Virus record (IMG/VR): IMGVR_UViG_3300049432_000050
Span: 1 to 63,668 of that record
DNA length: 63,668 bases
From: a virus
Lineage: Duplodnaviria > Caudoviricetes
Strand: one strand, 5' to 3'
Within the stretch, counting starts at the first letter, position 1. Every line of letters starts with the position of its first letter. Under the pieces are notes generated by a model. It saw only the letters and a list, made by a program, of their open reading frames with translations. It searched no databases and was not told where the DNA came from. Shown in pieces: positions 18,030 through 27,058 of this stretch. The position numbers and the translations under genes are program-made.

Positions 18030-18245
18030 CCACGCCAATTGCCAACGAAGGGGCAGCGGCGGTGATGATCGTGGAGGCCAGAGGCACGATCCAGCCGAAG
18101 ACGTGGAGTGCCGTGAGCACAAGCGTCTGGTGATCTGGACAGGGCGACCGGAGCCCAGTTGACCGGTCAGCGCCAAGACGATCGGAGCCGTAGCCCCCGC
18201 CTGCCGGAAGTGCATGCGCCCCGCTCACGGCGGGGCGCATGCTGT
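18030..18245 (+). ncRNA. Candidate structured non-coding RNA of unknown family
   Basis: Intergenic; -10-like TAGGGT upstream; closing helix, three internal hairpins and a terminal 13-bp hairpin. Confidence 0.4.
18212..18242 (+). terminator. Perfect 13-bp hairpin
   Basis: GCATGCGCCCCGC / GCGGGGCGCATGC. Confidence 0.6.
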
Positions 18246-18290
18246 ACCGGGGCACGCCTCGCGCCGCCGGGTCGCCTACCCTTGCGGGGC

Positions 18291-18692
18291 ATGAGCACCG
18301 TCACGGACGCGCCACTGAACCGGGTGCAGTGGCCGAGACTCAGCACCTGCAGTAGGTGCGCTGCGGAGATCCTGATCGCGTTGGCCGCGGACCGCCGCAC
18401 CAGTCTGATCCTGGACGCGTGGCCGGTGATCGTTGGCGTCGACACATGCCCGACCTGTCAGGGCCGTGGCCGGCGCGGCACACCCGACGACCCGCGCACC
18501 AGGCATCACAAGCTGACCGATGACGCGCTGGCGACGTGCCCGAAGTGCGGCGGCAGTGGGAAGACGGGCGAGGCGTTGACGAGAGAGCACGTCGTGATGA
18601 GCCACGACGGGATCGCGCGCCGCTGGCAACAGCTGGGCGGCCCGTGGAGCTCCGCGTATCGCGTGCATACGTGCGCGGGAGCGGACGCATGA
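18291..18692 (+). CDS. Protein with DnaJ-type zinc-finger repeats (probably leaderless)
   Basis: CPTCQGRG and CPKCGGSG; TACCCT 8 nt before ATG. Confidence 0.7.
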   Translation: MSTVTDAPLNRVQWPRLSTCSRCAAEILIALAADRRTSLILDAWPVIVGVDTCPTCQGRGRRGTPDDPRTRHHKLTDDALATCPKCGGSGKTGEALTREHVVMSHDGIARRWQQLGGPWSSAYRVHTCAGADA

Positions 18693-19054
18693 GCGCGCTT
18701 GTGGTCGCAGCCGCTCTGTTCCTGCCGGGGCAGCCGGTGAAGGCGCCACGCCCGCCGTGCTGGCGCCGCGTGTGCCGCGAGCGCGTCGAGATGCGGACCT
18801 ACAAGCGCAGGCCGATGCCGTGGTGCACGTGGGGCCCGGAGTCGGGCGCGTGGCGTCCTGAGTGGTCGCTCGCGCGGTACAGGCAGCCGAACATCTCGGG
18901 TGGCACGGGCGGCGGGAAGTTCCAGATCCTCACGGGCACGTGGTGGGCGCATGGCGGCTGGGGCCTGCCGCAGTTCGCGCGCCCAGTCGTGCAGGAACGC
19001 GTCGCGCGACGCGTCAAGGGGTCGCAGGGCCTCGGCGCCTGGGTGAACTGCTGA
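18689..19054 (+). CDS. Secreted Rpf-like lytic transglycosylase
   Basis: Signal peptide; ESG...GGKFQI..TW.AHGG.G.P..A....Q..VA.RV...QGLGAW..C matches the Rpf domain pattern. Confidence 0.8.
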   Translation: MSALVVAAALFLPGQPVKAPRPPCWRRVCRERVEMRTYKRRPMPWCTWGPESGAWRPEWSLARYRQPNISGGTGGGKFQILTGTWWAHGGWGLPQFARPVVQERVARRVKGSQGLGAWVNC

Positions 19055-19070
19055 TGATCGGGCCACAGGC

Positions 19071-19649
19071 GTGATCCGCCGCTTCCCGATTGATCACAAG
19101 CGCCCGTGGATCGCCGGGACCGTCGTGCGGCGCGCGATCCCACGCGTCCACGGCACCCCGCTCGTGCGTGTCCTGAGCGTCCGTGAGCAGCAGCTACGCA
19201 CCGTCAGCCACAAGGATGCGCTCAACGAGGACTTTCAGGGCAAGCGCGCCCGCGTGGCCTTCCAGCTCGACTGGGTACGCCGCCACGACAAGCACTGGTG
19301 CCGCCGTCATCCCTGCGCGTCGGACGCGCAGCTGATGGAACGGTGGCGCGCCCGGCACGCGACGCGCACCGTGCACGTCGTCACGCTCGAGCTCATCCGC
19401 ATCGACCGGGAGCGGTTTCTGGCGCATCAGCGGCCGTTGTCGGGTCACACGACGGGCGGAAACGGCCAGTATGCCGCGGTCGCATCGATCGACAGGTTGC
19501 CCGTCGCAGCGTTGTCGGACGATGACGTACGCGAGGCGCGGCTTGCCGGCGCGCGGGTTAGGCAGGAGCGCTCAGAACGCCAGCGGGCAGAGGTCGCGCT
19601 TGTGCGCGCGGACCGTGGCAGGTTGCAACGCCGCCGTCACGCTGGCTAG
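19071..19649 (+). CDS. ASCH-like domain protein
   Basis: VRVLSVREQQLRTVSHKDALNEDF resembles the ASCH V.V..V..E.L..I...DA..EGF motif. Confidence 0.5.
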   Translation: MIRRFPIDHKRPWIAGTVVRRAIPRVHGTPLVRVLSVREQQLRTVSHKDALNEDFQGKRARVAFQLDWVRRHDKHWCRRHPCASDAQLMERWRARHATRTVHVVTLELIRIDRERFLAHQRPLSGHTTGGNGQYAAVASIDRLPVAALSDDDVREARLAGARVRQERSERQRAEVALVRADRGRLQRRRHAG

Positions 19650-19772
19650 TCTGTGGCCCGTATCAGCGGCGAGCAGCGACGGTCAACAGGGAAAGGAAAG
19701 CCCTACCGGCTGCGCAAATCTCGTTAGCCGAGCCACGCCCGCGATGGGCCCACACGCAGGATCGGAGCGCTC

Positions 19773-20048
19773 ATGGCCGACATCATCCTGAAGGCGATCA
19801 AGCCGGCGCTCAGCGACCTGCTCGACAAACTCAAGGCGCAGGCCCCGGCCGCGATCGACGCGCTCATCGCATGGCTCATCACCGTTCTGCCGGGCAGCGT
19901 CGACAAGCTCACCGCCGCGTTCCGCACGCTGTACTCGGACATCACGACACGGCTCGTGGCATGGCTTCCGTCCACGAAGGCGCCGCTCGTGGCGACCATC
20001 GACAAGGCGGTCGGGTTCATCAAGACGAAGGTCCTCGCAAAGCTGTAA
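19773..20048 (+). CDS. Amphipathic helical hypothetical protein
   Basis: GGAG RBS; 91 aa. Confidence 0.7.
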   Translation: MADIILKAIKPALSDLLDKLKAQAPAAIDALIAWLITVLPGSVDKLTAAFRTLYSDITTRLVAWLPSTKAPLVATIDKAVGFIKTKVLAKL

Positions 20049-20141
20049 GAGCACCAGGAAAGGCGTAGACTGTTGGGAGCAACTAGAGGGCCCGCATCGC
20101 TGAGACGACCGGGCCCCGGCACACGATCACTGGAGGATCGA

Positions 20142-20939
20142 ATGCAGGACGAGCCTACCGTTCCACCTGGCTACTGCGAATGTGGATGTGGCGAGAAAGC
20201 ATCGCTGGCAGCGCGCACGCGTACTGCCACCGGTCACGTCAAGGGGCAGCCAATGCGATTCAAGATTGGCCACCAGCGCTACAACAGCAACCCGCTAGCA
20301 GAGGGGCAGCGCTTTGGGCGTCTGACCGTGCAGGCGGATCATGCGAGACCGCGCTCGGCGGACCGTATCGGTGTGCGCTGCGATTGCGGAACGGTGAAAG
20401 AGGTTGCTCTGCACAACCTGCTGCACAACACCCGGTCGTGCGGTTGCCTGCGCGACGAGCAGTCAGGCGAGCGGTCCAGACAGACCATCGTGCACGGCCA
20501 CTGCCGCAACGGCAAGGCGACGCCGACCTACGATGCATGGAAGGCCATGCTGGGCCGCTGCTCTCAGCCGAAGACGAACGGCTACCACAACTACGGGGGT
20601 CGCGGGATCGTCGTGTGCGAGCGCTGGCGGTCGTTCCCCCCCTTCCTCGAAGACATGGGCGAGAGACCCGCTGGGCATTCACTCGACCGCATCGACGTCA
20701 ACGGCAACTACGAACCGGGGAACTGCCGATGGGCAACACCGGCAGAGCAGCAAGCAAACACCCGCCGAGCGCGAGGGCTGCCAAGCAACCCCACGGTCCG
20801 CGAACTGCTGGACGATGCGGGTGTTCCTGCCGTCGTCCATGGCGCACAGGGCGTTGATCGCCGTGCTGTAGCGACGCGCGTGGCCTACCTGCTCCAGCTG
20901 CTGGCTACGCACGGCATCCCAGTGGATGGGTCAGCATGA
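20142..20939 (+). CDS. Free-standing HNH homing endonuclease
   Basis: [54 protein letters not shown]. Confidence 0.9.
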   Translation: MQDEPTVPPGYCECGCGEKASLAARTRTATGHVKGQPMRFKIGHQRYNSNPLAEGQRFGRLTVQADHARPRSADRIGVRCDCGTVKEVALHNLLHNTRSCGCLRDEQSGERSRQTIVHGHCRNGKATPTYDAWKAMLGRCSQPKTNGYHNYGGRGIVVCERWRSFPPFLEDMGERPAGHSLDRIDVNGNYEPGNCRWATPAEQQANTRRARGLPSNPTVRELLDDAGVPAVVHGAQGVDRRAVATRVAYLLQLLATHGIPVDGSA

Positions 20940-21265
20940 GAGCGGCGAAGGTCTGCAGCCACGTTGGACCAGACGGCTCGTGCGCCGAGCTCCAGCCCTG
21001 CCCAACGCACGCACCTCAGCCGTGGCAGGGCAGCACACGCCGGCAGCAGCTCCCGCCGGGCTGGTCGCACCGCATCGTTCCCCGCATCCTCAAGCGCGAC
21101 CCGGTGTGCACCGATGGCGTGGCGTGTGGCGGCCGCTCGCTTTCCACGGAGGTGCACCACACGCGCGGCCCGCATGACCACAGCGACGAGGCGCTGGCCG
21201 GTGTCTGCCACGACTGCCACGCCTACAGGACGGGGCAGCAGGCAGCCGAAGGGAGACGCGCATGA
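20936..21265 (+). CDS. HNH endonuclease, packaging-associated type
   Basis: ILKRDPVC...STEVHH...LAGVCHDCH; lies upstream of terminase. Confidence 0.85.
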   Translation: MRAAKVCSHVGPDGSCAELQPCPTHAPQPWQGSTRRQQLPPGWSHRIVPRILKRDPVCTDGVACGGRSLSTEVHHTRGPHDHSDEALAGVCHDCHAYRTGQQAAEGRRA

Positions 21266-21489
21266 CTGCGAACACGAGGCGCATCGGACCGCTAGAGGGC
21301 GGCACGCGGCCGTACCGACACTGGATGCTGCACCTCCCGGGCGGGATACGCGTGATGAGTACCCCGCTGACACTGATGCTGTACCGAGCGAACGCCGACG
21401 GCCACCTACGAGCCCTACCGTTCACGCAACGGTGCATGGTGGAACGCAAGCGGCAGACGCAGCAGGCAGCAGGCAGACGACGCGCATGA
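21262..21489 (+). CDS. Hypothetical protein
   Basis: GGAG RBS; coupled. Confidence 0.55.
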   Translation: MTANTRRIGPLEGGTRPYRHWMLHLPGGIRVMSTPLTLMLYRANADGHLRALPFTQRCMVERKRQTQQAAGRRRA

Positions 21490-21611
21490 GTCCCTTCCGG
21501 TCAGCGAAGCAGCGACGAGCCATGTTCGCCAAGGCACCCAAGGTCGCGAAGCGCTGGGCCAGACGGTACGGCAGCAAGCCACGCCCAAAGAAGGGCAAGG
21601 GCAAGTCGTGA
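21486..21611 (+). CDS. Small highly basic protein
   Basis: MSPFRSAKQRRAMFAKAPKVAKRWA..., coupled on both sides. Confidence 0.65.
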   Translation: MSPFRSAKQRRAMFAKAPKVAKRWARRYGSKPRPKKGKGKS

Positions 21612-21874
21612 GGGACATGTACGTAGATGTCGTGGCACAGATCAGGGCGACCCTGCCGGAATTCGCTCAGCGCAACGGCGTTGACCTGACGCCGAAAGTG
21701 ATGGACAACCTTGCGCACTGGGTGGCGGGCGCCGTCCCCAGCGGCACGTTCCGGGCATACTGCGTAGGGATCGGCGGAGACGGAGAAGAGGACATCGCCT
21801 GCGCTTGCCCCGGAGTCTGCCGATGCTGGATGCAGCTAACGCCCGACGAGACGAGAGACCTCCCGGAACGATGA
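21608..21874 (+). CDS. Hypothetical protein
   Basis: Coupled ORF. Confidence 0.55.
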   Translation: MRDMYVDVVAQIRATLPEFAQRNGVDLTPKVMDNLAHWVAGAVPSGTFRAYCVGIGGDGEEDIACACPGVCRCWMQLTPDETRDLPER

Positions 21875-22014
21875 GCCTCGCCATGTTCTTCTACCTGACC
21901 GTCGCTCTCGTGTTCGCACTCGCACTCGCATGCACAGGCATGCCACGCCGCGCAGCCAAGACAACCGTTGTGCTCTGGCTCTTGCTGCTTGCTGTGCTGG
22001 GACTCATCGGATGA
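21871..22014 (+). CDS. Small membrane protein
   Basis: Two hydrophobic helices separated by MPRR. Confidence 0.55.
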   Translation: MSLAMFFYLTVALVFALALACTGMPRRAAKTTVVLWLLLLAVLGLIG

Positions 22015-22036
22015 CCGCGGCCATGACCCGTCGCGC

Positions 22037-22180
22037 ATGAGCACACCGCTCGCCATCGCAACAAGCGCGCTCGGCATCGTACTCGTCATGCTCGCAGTCG
22101 AGATGCCACGCCGACGAACCGCACACGCCGTGGGACTAGCCGGACTCCTCATCGCGTTCGCCCCCCTGCTCATCCGCTGA
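22037..22180 (+). CDS. Small membrane protein, similar in layout to the previous gene
   Basis: Two hydrophobic helices separated by MPRRR; both genes are 47 aa. Confidence 0.5.
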   Translation: MSTPLAIATSALGIVLVMLAVEMPRRRTAHAVGLAGLLIAFAPLLIR

Positions 22181-22292
22181 CCCAGGGGGAGACCCGTCTG
22201 TCTCATCCAACGGGGACCGATGAGCGCTGCGAGCCGATGTGTGTACGGGTTGCTGTTCGATGGCCGCATGGCCTTGAAGGGTGGTGAGCCGC

Positions 22293-22841
22293 ATGGCTCG
22301 TGGTCCGTTGCCTGATCCGCAGCGTCGGCGTCGGAATGCGCCGACGATCCCTACGACGTCGTTGCCTGCTTCGGGGCGTGCTGGTCCGGCGCCGGCGTGT
22401 CCGTATGAGCTCGGGGCCGCGGGTGGCGCGTGGTGGGTGTGGGCGTGGGGTTTGCCGCAGGCGTGCGCGTGGTCTGACGGGGATCTGTATGTCGTGGCGC
22501 GGCGGGCTCGCCTGGAGGATGATGTTGCGTTGCGTGCCCCGGTGGTGCATGACGATCTTGCGGTGCTGCTGGAGGGCGCGGATGAGGTCGCGATCGAGGC
22601 GGTTGAGGCTGCGATCTTGACGCTGCGGCGGTTGGCGACGGGGAAGCTCGCGGTCGAGAAGGAGATGCGCGAGCTCGACGGGAAGCTGGGGTTGTCGCCG
22701 GAGGCGCTGGCGAAGTTGCGGTGGTCGATCGTGGATGAGGGCGTCGATGATGCGCCCGCGGCGCCGGCGCGGCCGGGCGGAACGGTGCGCAACCTGCGAG
22801 CGGTCGATCCGAAGCTGGCTGACGAGCACCAAGCGTCGTAG
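22293..22841 (+). CDS. terS: Terminase small subunit
   Basis: MARGPLPDPQRRRRNA, WGLPQA..W, EMRELDGKLGLSP...LRW; directly precedes TerL. Confidence 0.85.
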   Translation: MARGPLPDPQRRRRNAPTIPTTSLPASGRAGPAPACPYELGAAGGAWWVWAWGLPQACAWSDGDLYVVARRARLEDDVALRAPVVHDDLAVLLEGADEVAIEAVEAAILTLRRLATGKLAVEKEMRELDGKLGLSPEALAKLRWSIVDEGVDDAPAAPARPGGTVRNLRAVDPKLADEHQAS

Positions 22842-24502
22842 TGGGCTGGCGGGGGCCGCGCTATCCGGGCGAGTTCCCGTCGCTGGGGCATCTGGTCATC
22901 GCGTGGATCGAGGCGCATTGCGTGATCCCTGACAGGGCGGTCGCGGGCGAACCGTTCGTGCTGTCCGATGAGCAGGCGTTGCATCTGCTGTGGCAGTTTC
23001 GGTTGTGGCCGGATGCCGGCGTGGATGTTGACAGGCCGGCGGCGCCGTTCGTGTACAACGGGTCGTTGATGGTCCGTTCGCAGAAGTGGGGGAAGGCGCC
23101 GTTCAGCGCCGCCCGGATCTGCGCGCAGGCCGAGGGCCCGGTCCTGTTCGCGGGGTGGGCGGACGGCGGGGAGCGAACCGGCTGGGGGGACGTGTACGAG
23201 GCGGGGGAGCCGATGGGGATGGCGTGGGCGACGCCGCACATTCAGGTCGCGGCGACCGCGGACGACCAGACGGAGAACATCTGGCGGGCGCTGAAACCGA
23301 TGATCGAGCTGTCCCCCCGGTTGCGGCGGATCATGTCGGACACAGGCCTTGACCGCATCAACCTTCGGGGCGGCGGGATCATCGAACGGGTCTCCAGCAA
23401 CGCGACAACACGGCTGGGCGCTCGGATCATCTACGTCGAGATCGATCAGCCGGAGTCGATGCTGCCGACGAACGGCGGGGAGAAGCTGACGGACACCCTG
23501 TTGCGGAACGTCGCGGGGATGGGCGGCCGGTGGGCGGCGACCGGGAACGCGCATGACCCGTCGGAGAACAGTGTTCAGCAGACATGGGTTGAGCGGCCGA
23601 TGGAGGACGTGTTCATCGATTACCCGGAGCCGCTGGCGGGGTCGTGGACGAATCGCCGGGAGCGCCGCCGCATCCTGAAGCATGCCTACGCGGGCGCCCC
23701 GTGGGTCGACGTGGACCGCATCGAGGCGGACTGCGACCGTTTGGCGGCGAAGGGCGATCCGGGGCAGGCGGAGCGCTGGTTCGGTAACCGGGTCGTCGCC
23801 GGCGTCTCCAAAGCATTCGACGCGGAGCGGTTCAAGACCCTCGAGCTGGCGGGCGGGATCGCGGCTGGCCGGCTGGTAACGCTCGGCGGTGATGGCGCGA
23901 AACGCTTCGACGCGACGGGGATCGTCGCGACCGATGTGGAGACGGGGCATCAGGTCGTCGTCGCGGTCTGGGAACGCCCGCTCGAGCTGCCGGAGCAGGC
24001 GCCGTGGGGCGTCCCGATCGGCGAGGTCAACGAGGCGATGGCGTTCGCGTTCGGGTACTGGCGGGTGTGGCGGGCGTACTGGGACCCGCCGTTCTACGTC
24101 GATGACATCGCCAGGTGGGCAGGCATGTACGGCGATGACAAGGTTGTGGAGTGGTGGACGAATCGCACGAAGGCGATGGCGTTCGCGCTGCGGGAGTACC
24201 ACGAGAGCCTGGGGACCGATGACACGAGCGCGGTGTTGTCGCACGGCCCGCTGGATGACTCCCCGGAGTCCGTGGCTGCGCATGGCGCGCTGGTGCGTCA
24301 CGTCGGCAACGCGGTGCGCCGCACGACGAAGATGCGCGATGAGCATGGGTGGCTATGGACGATTAGCAAGGATGCGCAGAAGAGCGTGCGCAAGATCGAC
24401 CTGGCGATGGCGTCCTGTTTGAGCTGGACGGCGCGGCAGGACGCGGTTCGCTCCGGGGCGTTGGCACCGGAGCCTGAGTACGCCCGTGCGGCGTGGCAAT
24501 AG
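22841..24502 (+). CDS. terL: Terminase large subunit
   Basis: Walker A RSQKWGKA, nuclease LGGDG...DATG, KIDLAMA. Confidence 0.92.
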   Translation: MGWRGPRYPGEFPSLGHLVIAWIEAHCVIPDRAVAGEPFVLSDEQALHLLWQFRLWPDAGVDVDRPAAPFVYNGSLMVRSQKWGKAPFSAARICAQAEGPVLFAGWADGGERTGWGDVYEAGEPMGMAWATPHIQVAATADDQTENIWRALKPMIELSPRLRRIMSDTGLDRINLRGGGIIERVSSNATTRLGARIIYVEIDQPESMLPTNGGEKLTDTLLRNVAGMGGRWAATGNAHDPSENSVQQTWVERPMEDVFIDYPEPLAGSWTNRRERRRILKHAYAGAPWVDVDRIEADCDRLAAKGDPGQAERWFGNRVVAGVSKAFDAERFKTLELAGGIAAGRLVTLGGDGAKRFDATGIVATDVETGHQVVVAVWERPLELPEQAPWGVPIGEVNEAMAFAFGYWRVWRAYWDPPFYVDDIARWAGMYGDDKVVEWWTNRTKAMAFALREYHESLGTDDTSAVLSHGPLDDSPESVAAHGALVRHVGNAVRRTTKMRDEHGWLWTISKDAQKSVRKIDLAMASCLSWTARQDAVRSGALAPEPEYARAAWQ

Positions 24503-24509
24503 AGAGGCG

Positions 24510-26039
24510 GTGAACGCTGTGCCCCCAACGATGAGCGAGCTCGGTAGGCAGGCCGACCGTCTGATGTCCAAGCTCGACGATCGCAAGGCGGAGCATGATC
24601 GGGTGTTGCCGTACGCGCAGCGCTGCCCCGACCGTGTCCCGGTGCCTGACGCTGTTGTCGCGGCGAAGCTCGTGAAGGCGTACACGCATCTGATGGCGAT
24701 GTGCGAGATGCCGTGGGGGGAGCTCGTGATCGCGTCGAAGCTCGACCGGTTGGAGGTCAACGGCATCACGAGCCCCGATAGCGACGGGCAGGGGTCCGGG
24801 AAGGTGACGTCCGATGCGGTGTGGGAGCAGGTGTGGCAGGAGAACGGGATGGGCCTCGAGTCCAAGCTTGCGCACCGTGCCGCGTTGTTGGATGGGCGGG
24901 CGCACGCGATCGTGTGGCCCCGGTCGCGGTGGGAGGACGACGGGGAGGGCGGCGTTCTCGGCGCCGACGGGCCGCTCGTGCGGATTGACGACTGCACGAC
25001 GACGATCGTTGAGCACGCGGAGGGCTCGCGGTCGCTGCGGGTCGCTGCGCTCAGGCGCTGGCTGGATGAGGACGCCGGGCCGGCGGCTGAGGCGTGCACG
25101 TTGTATCGCCCGGACGGCATCTACAAGTTTCGGACGGTCCCGCTGGCTGAGCGCGACGACGCGACGTCGTTCAGTGCGAACAACCGGCGGTGGGGGATGC
25201 GCGAGGTCGATGGGGAGTCGTGGCCGCTGCCGAACCCGCTGGGGGTGGTGCCGGTCGTGGAGATCGCCGTGAACCGCCGATTGGCTGCGGGACGGTTCAC
25301 GGAGTGCCGCGGCGAGTTTCAGGACGCGACCGGCCTGATGGATCGCGTCAACCTCCTCACGTTCCTGGGGCTCGTCGTCGCGGTCACCATGAGCTTTCCG
25401 CTCAGGGTCGTCATCGGCGACAAGATCCTGCTCGACGACGACGGGACCCCGGTGCCGCCGTTCGAGGCGTACGTCGGCGGTGCGGTGCAGTTCGAGGATC
25501 CCGCGACGAAGCTCGCGGGGTATGAGGCGGCGGACCGCGGGCAACTCTCGATCTACGACGAGCTTGCGCAGCTGGCGTCCGCGACGTCAACACCACGGCA
25601 TTACTTCCCGATCTCGGGTGCGATCTCGAACATTGCGGCGGAGACGATCCGGGCGTTCGAGTCGCCGATGCACGCCGCCGTCGAAGGCAGCCATAAGCCG
25701 TCACTGTCGGAGGGCCACGAGGAAACGATGCGCTTGGGTGGCCTGATGCTTCCCGATCCCGTCCGGTTGTCTCGTCGCGCGGCGTTGTTGTGGGCGGAGC
25801 ATGAGTCCAGGTCGTTGTCGGAGAAGGCGGACGCGTTCACGAAGCTCATCGGTGCCGGGGGCGCGGGTGGGTTGCCGTGGCAGGCCGCGGCGGAGATCGC
25901 GCTCGGCCTCGGCACGGACCAGTTGCGCCGCTATGAGGCTGAGCAGGCGGGGTCGGCGCTCGCGCAGATCATCGCGGCCGCGCAATCCGGGCTGGACAAG
26001 GCGCCCGTACCGGCCGGGGCGGTCAATGGCGGCGGTTGA
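24510..26039 (+). CDS. Portal protein (SPP1 gp6-like)
   Basis: Size and position; NPLGVVPVVE, GEF...DRVN motifs. Confidence 0.9.
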   Translation: MNAVPPTMSELGRQADRLMSKLDDRKAEHDRVLPYAQRCPDRVPVPDAVVAAKLVKAYTHLMAMCEMPWGELVIASKLDRLEVNGITSPDSDGQGSGKVTSDAVWEQVWQENGMGLESKLAHRAALLDGRAHAIVWPRSRWEDDGEGGVLGADGPLVRIDDCTTTIVEHAEGSRSLRVAALRRWLDEDAGPAAEACTLYRPDGIYKFRTVPLAERDDATSFSANNRRWGMREVDGESWPLPNPLGVVPVVEIAVNRRLAAGRFTECRGEFQDATGLMDRVNLLTFLGLVVAVTMSFPLRVVIGDKILLDDDGTPVPPFEAYVGGAVQFEDPATKLAGYEAADRGQLSIYDELAQLASATSTPRHYFPISGAISNIAAETIRAFESPMHAAVEGSHKPSLSEGHEETMRLGGLMLPDPVRLSRRAALLWAEHESRSLSEKADAFTKLIGAGGAGGLPWQAAAEIALGLGTDQLRRYEAEQAGSALAQIIAAAQSGLDKAPVPAGAVNGGG

Positions 26040-26766
26040 CGCTCAAATCACAGCTCAAGCGCGTTTGCGGGACGCCGCGCGTCGCGGGGTCGTGCAGGCG
26101 TGGAACTCGCTTGGCTCCTACGACGAGCAGGACGTGTCGCGGTGGCTGGCTCTCGTCGTGCCGTTCCTGCTGGCGGTGCAGCGCGTGTCGGTGACCGTCA
26201 CGGACGCGTACGTCGCGCGTGCGCTCGGGCGCCCGCCGCTCGGGATCGATCCGTTGCCGGTGATCGACGCGGTCCGCGGCGACACCCGGATCCCGGACGT
26301 GTACCGCCGCCCGTTCGTGACGGTCTGGTCGGAGCTGAAGATCGGCAAGGAGTACGAGGAAGCGGTCGCGATCGGCCTCGACCGGGCGGAAGCGACGATC
26401 GCGACGGACGTCCAGCTCGCGCATCGCGGCGCGATGCAAGCAATCCAGGACGCCGATCCCACGATCTTCGGGTACGCCCGCAAGGCCGACCCCGGCGCCT
26501 GCCCATACTGCGTGCTCCTCGACGGTGCCTATGTCCTGCGGGCCGACGCGCTCGCGATGCACCCGCGGTGCGGCTGCAGCCTGGAGCCGTTGACGGGCCC
26601 GCATCCGCGCGCCGCGCACTTGCCGGACGGCCGCAGCATCACGGAGCTTCGCGCGCAGGACGAGCCGCTGGCGGGCGTGACGGTGTTCGATCACGGCGAG
26701 TACGGGCCGACGCTCGGCGACCCCGAGCACGACCACCTCACCGAAGCGGAAGCGTTGGCGAGGTAA
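26026..26766 (+). CDS. MuF-like minor capsid / capsid maturation protein
   Basis: VYRRPFVTVW, ACPYC...MHPRCGC, HGEYGP. Confidence 0.8.
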   Translation: MAAVDAQITAQARLRDAARRGVVQAWNSLGSYDEQDVSRWLALVVPFLLAVQRVSVTVTDAYVARALGRPPLGIDPLPVIDAVRGDTRIPDVYRRPFVTVWSELKIGKEYEEAVAIGLDRAEATIATDVQLAHRGAMQAIQDADPTIFGYARKADPGACPYCVLLDGAYVLRADALAMHPRCGCSLEPLTGPHPRAAHLPDGRSITELRAQDEPLAGVTVFDHGEYGPTLGDPEHDHLTEAEALAR

Positions 26767-26800
26767 CGAGCGGCGCCGCAGGGCGCCAGAAGGAGGCCGC

Positions 26801-27058
26801 ATGGCCTGGCATACCGAGGATGAAGACGGCGAACCGATGAATGCCCTTGCGAACGATCGGCCGGAGCAGAACCCGGTCGACGAGCACGGGGAGATGTTGT
26901 CGGGCAGGTTGGCGAACGCGGAGAAGCGCATCGCGCAAGCCCAGATGCATATGGAAGAGGCGCGGCTACAGCTCGCGCAGTGGAAGCCGGTAGCAGAGTC
27001 GTGCCGGGCGGGGCTTGAGACGCTGAAGTCGAATCAGCTGAAGGCGGTGGCGACATGA
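26801..27058 (+). CDS. Small coiled-coil protein
   Basis: AAGGAGG RBS; ATGA-coupled to the scaffold gene. Confidence 0.65.
   Translation: MAWHTEDEDGEPMNALANDRPEQNPVDEHGEMLSGRLANAEKRIAQAQMHMEEARLQLAQWKPVAESCRAGLETLKSNQLKAVAT

Noticed and set aside
18060-18105. GTGATGA...GAAG resembling a hammerhead ribozyme core
   Set aside because: Does not match CUGAUGA/GAAA, and stems I and III cannot be formed properly
23430-23460. Terminase Walker B reads IDQPE rather than DE
   Set aside because: Other motifs are intact and I recall D-Q-x-E variants in related terminases; not evidence of inactivation
22136-24346. Long antisense ORFs (also 27706-29253, 41779-43566, 53526-54869 and others)
   Set aside because: Shadow frames expected from high-GC codon bias opposite clear genes; no motifs
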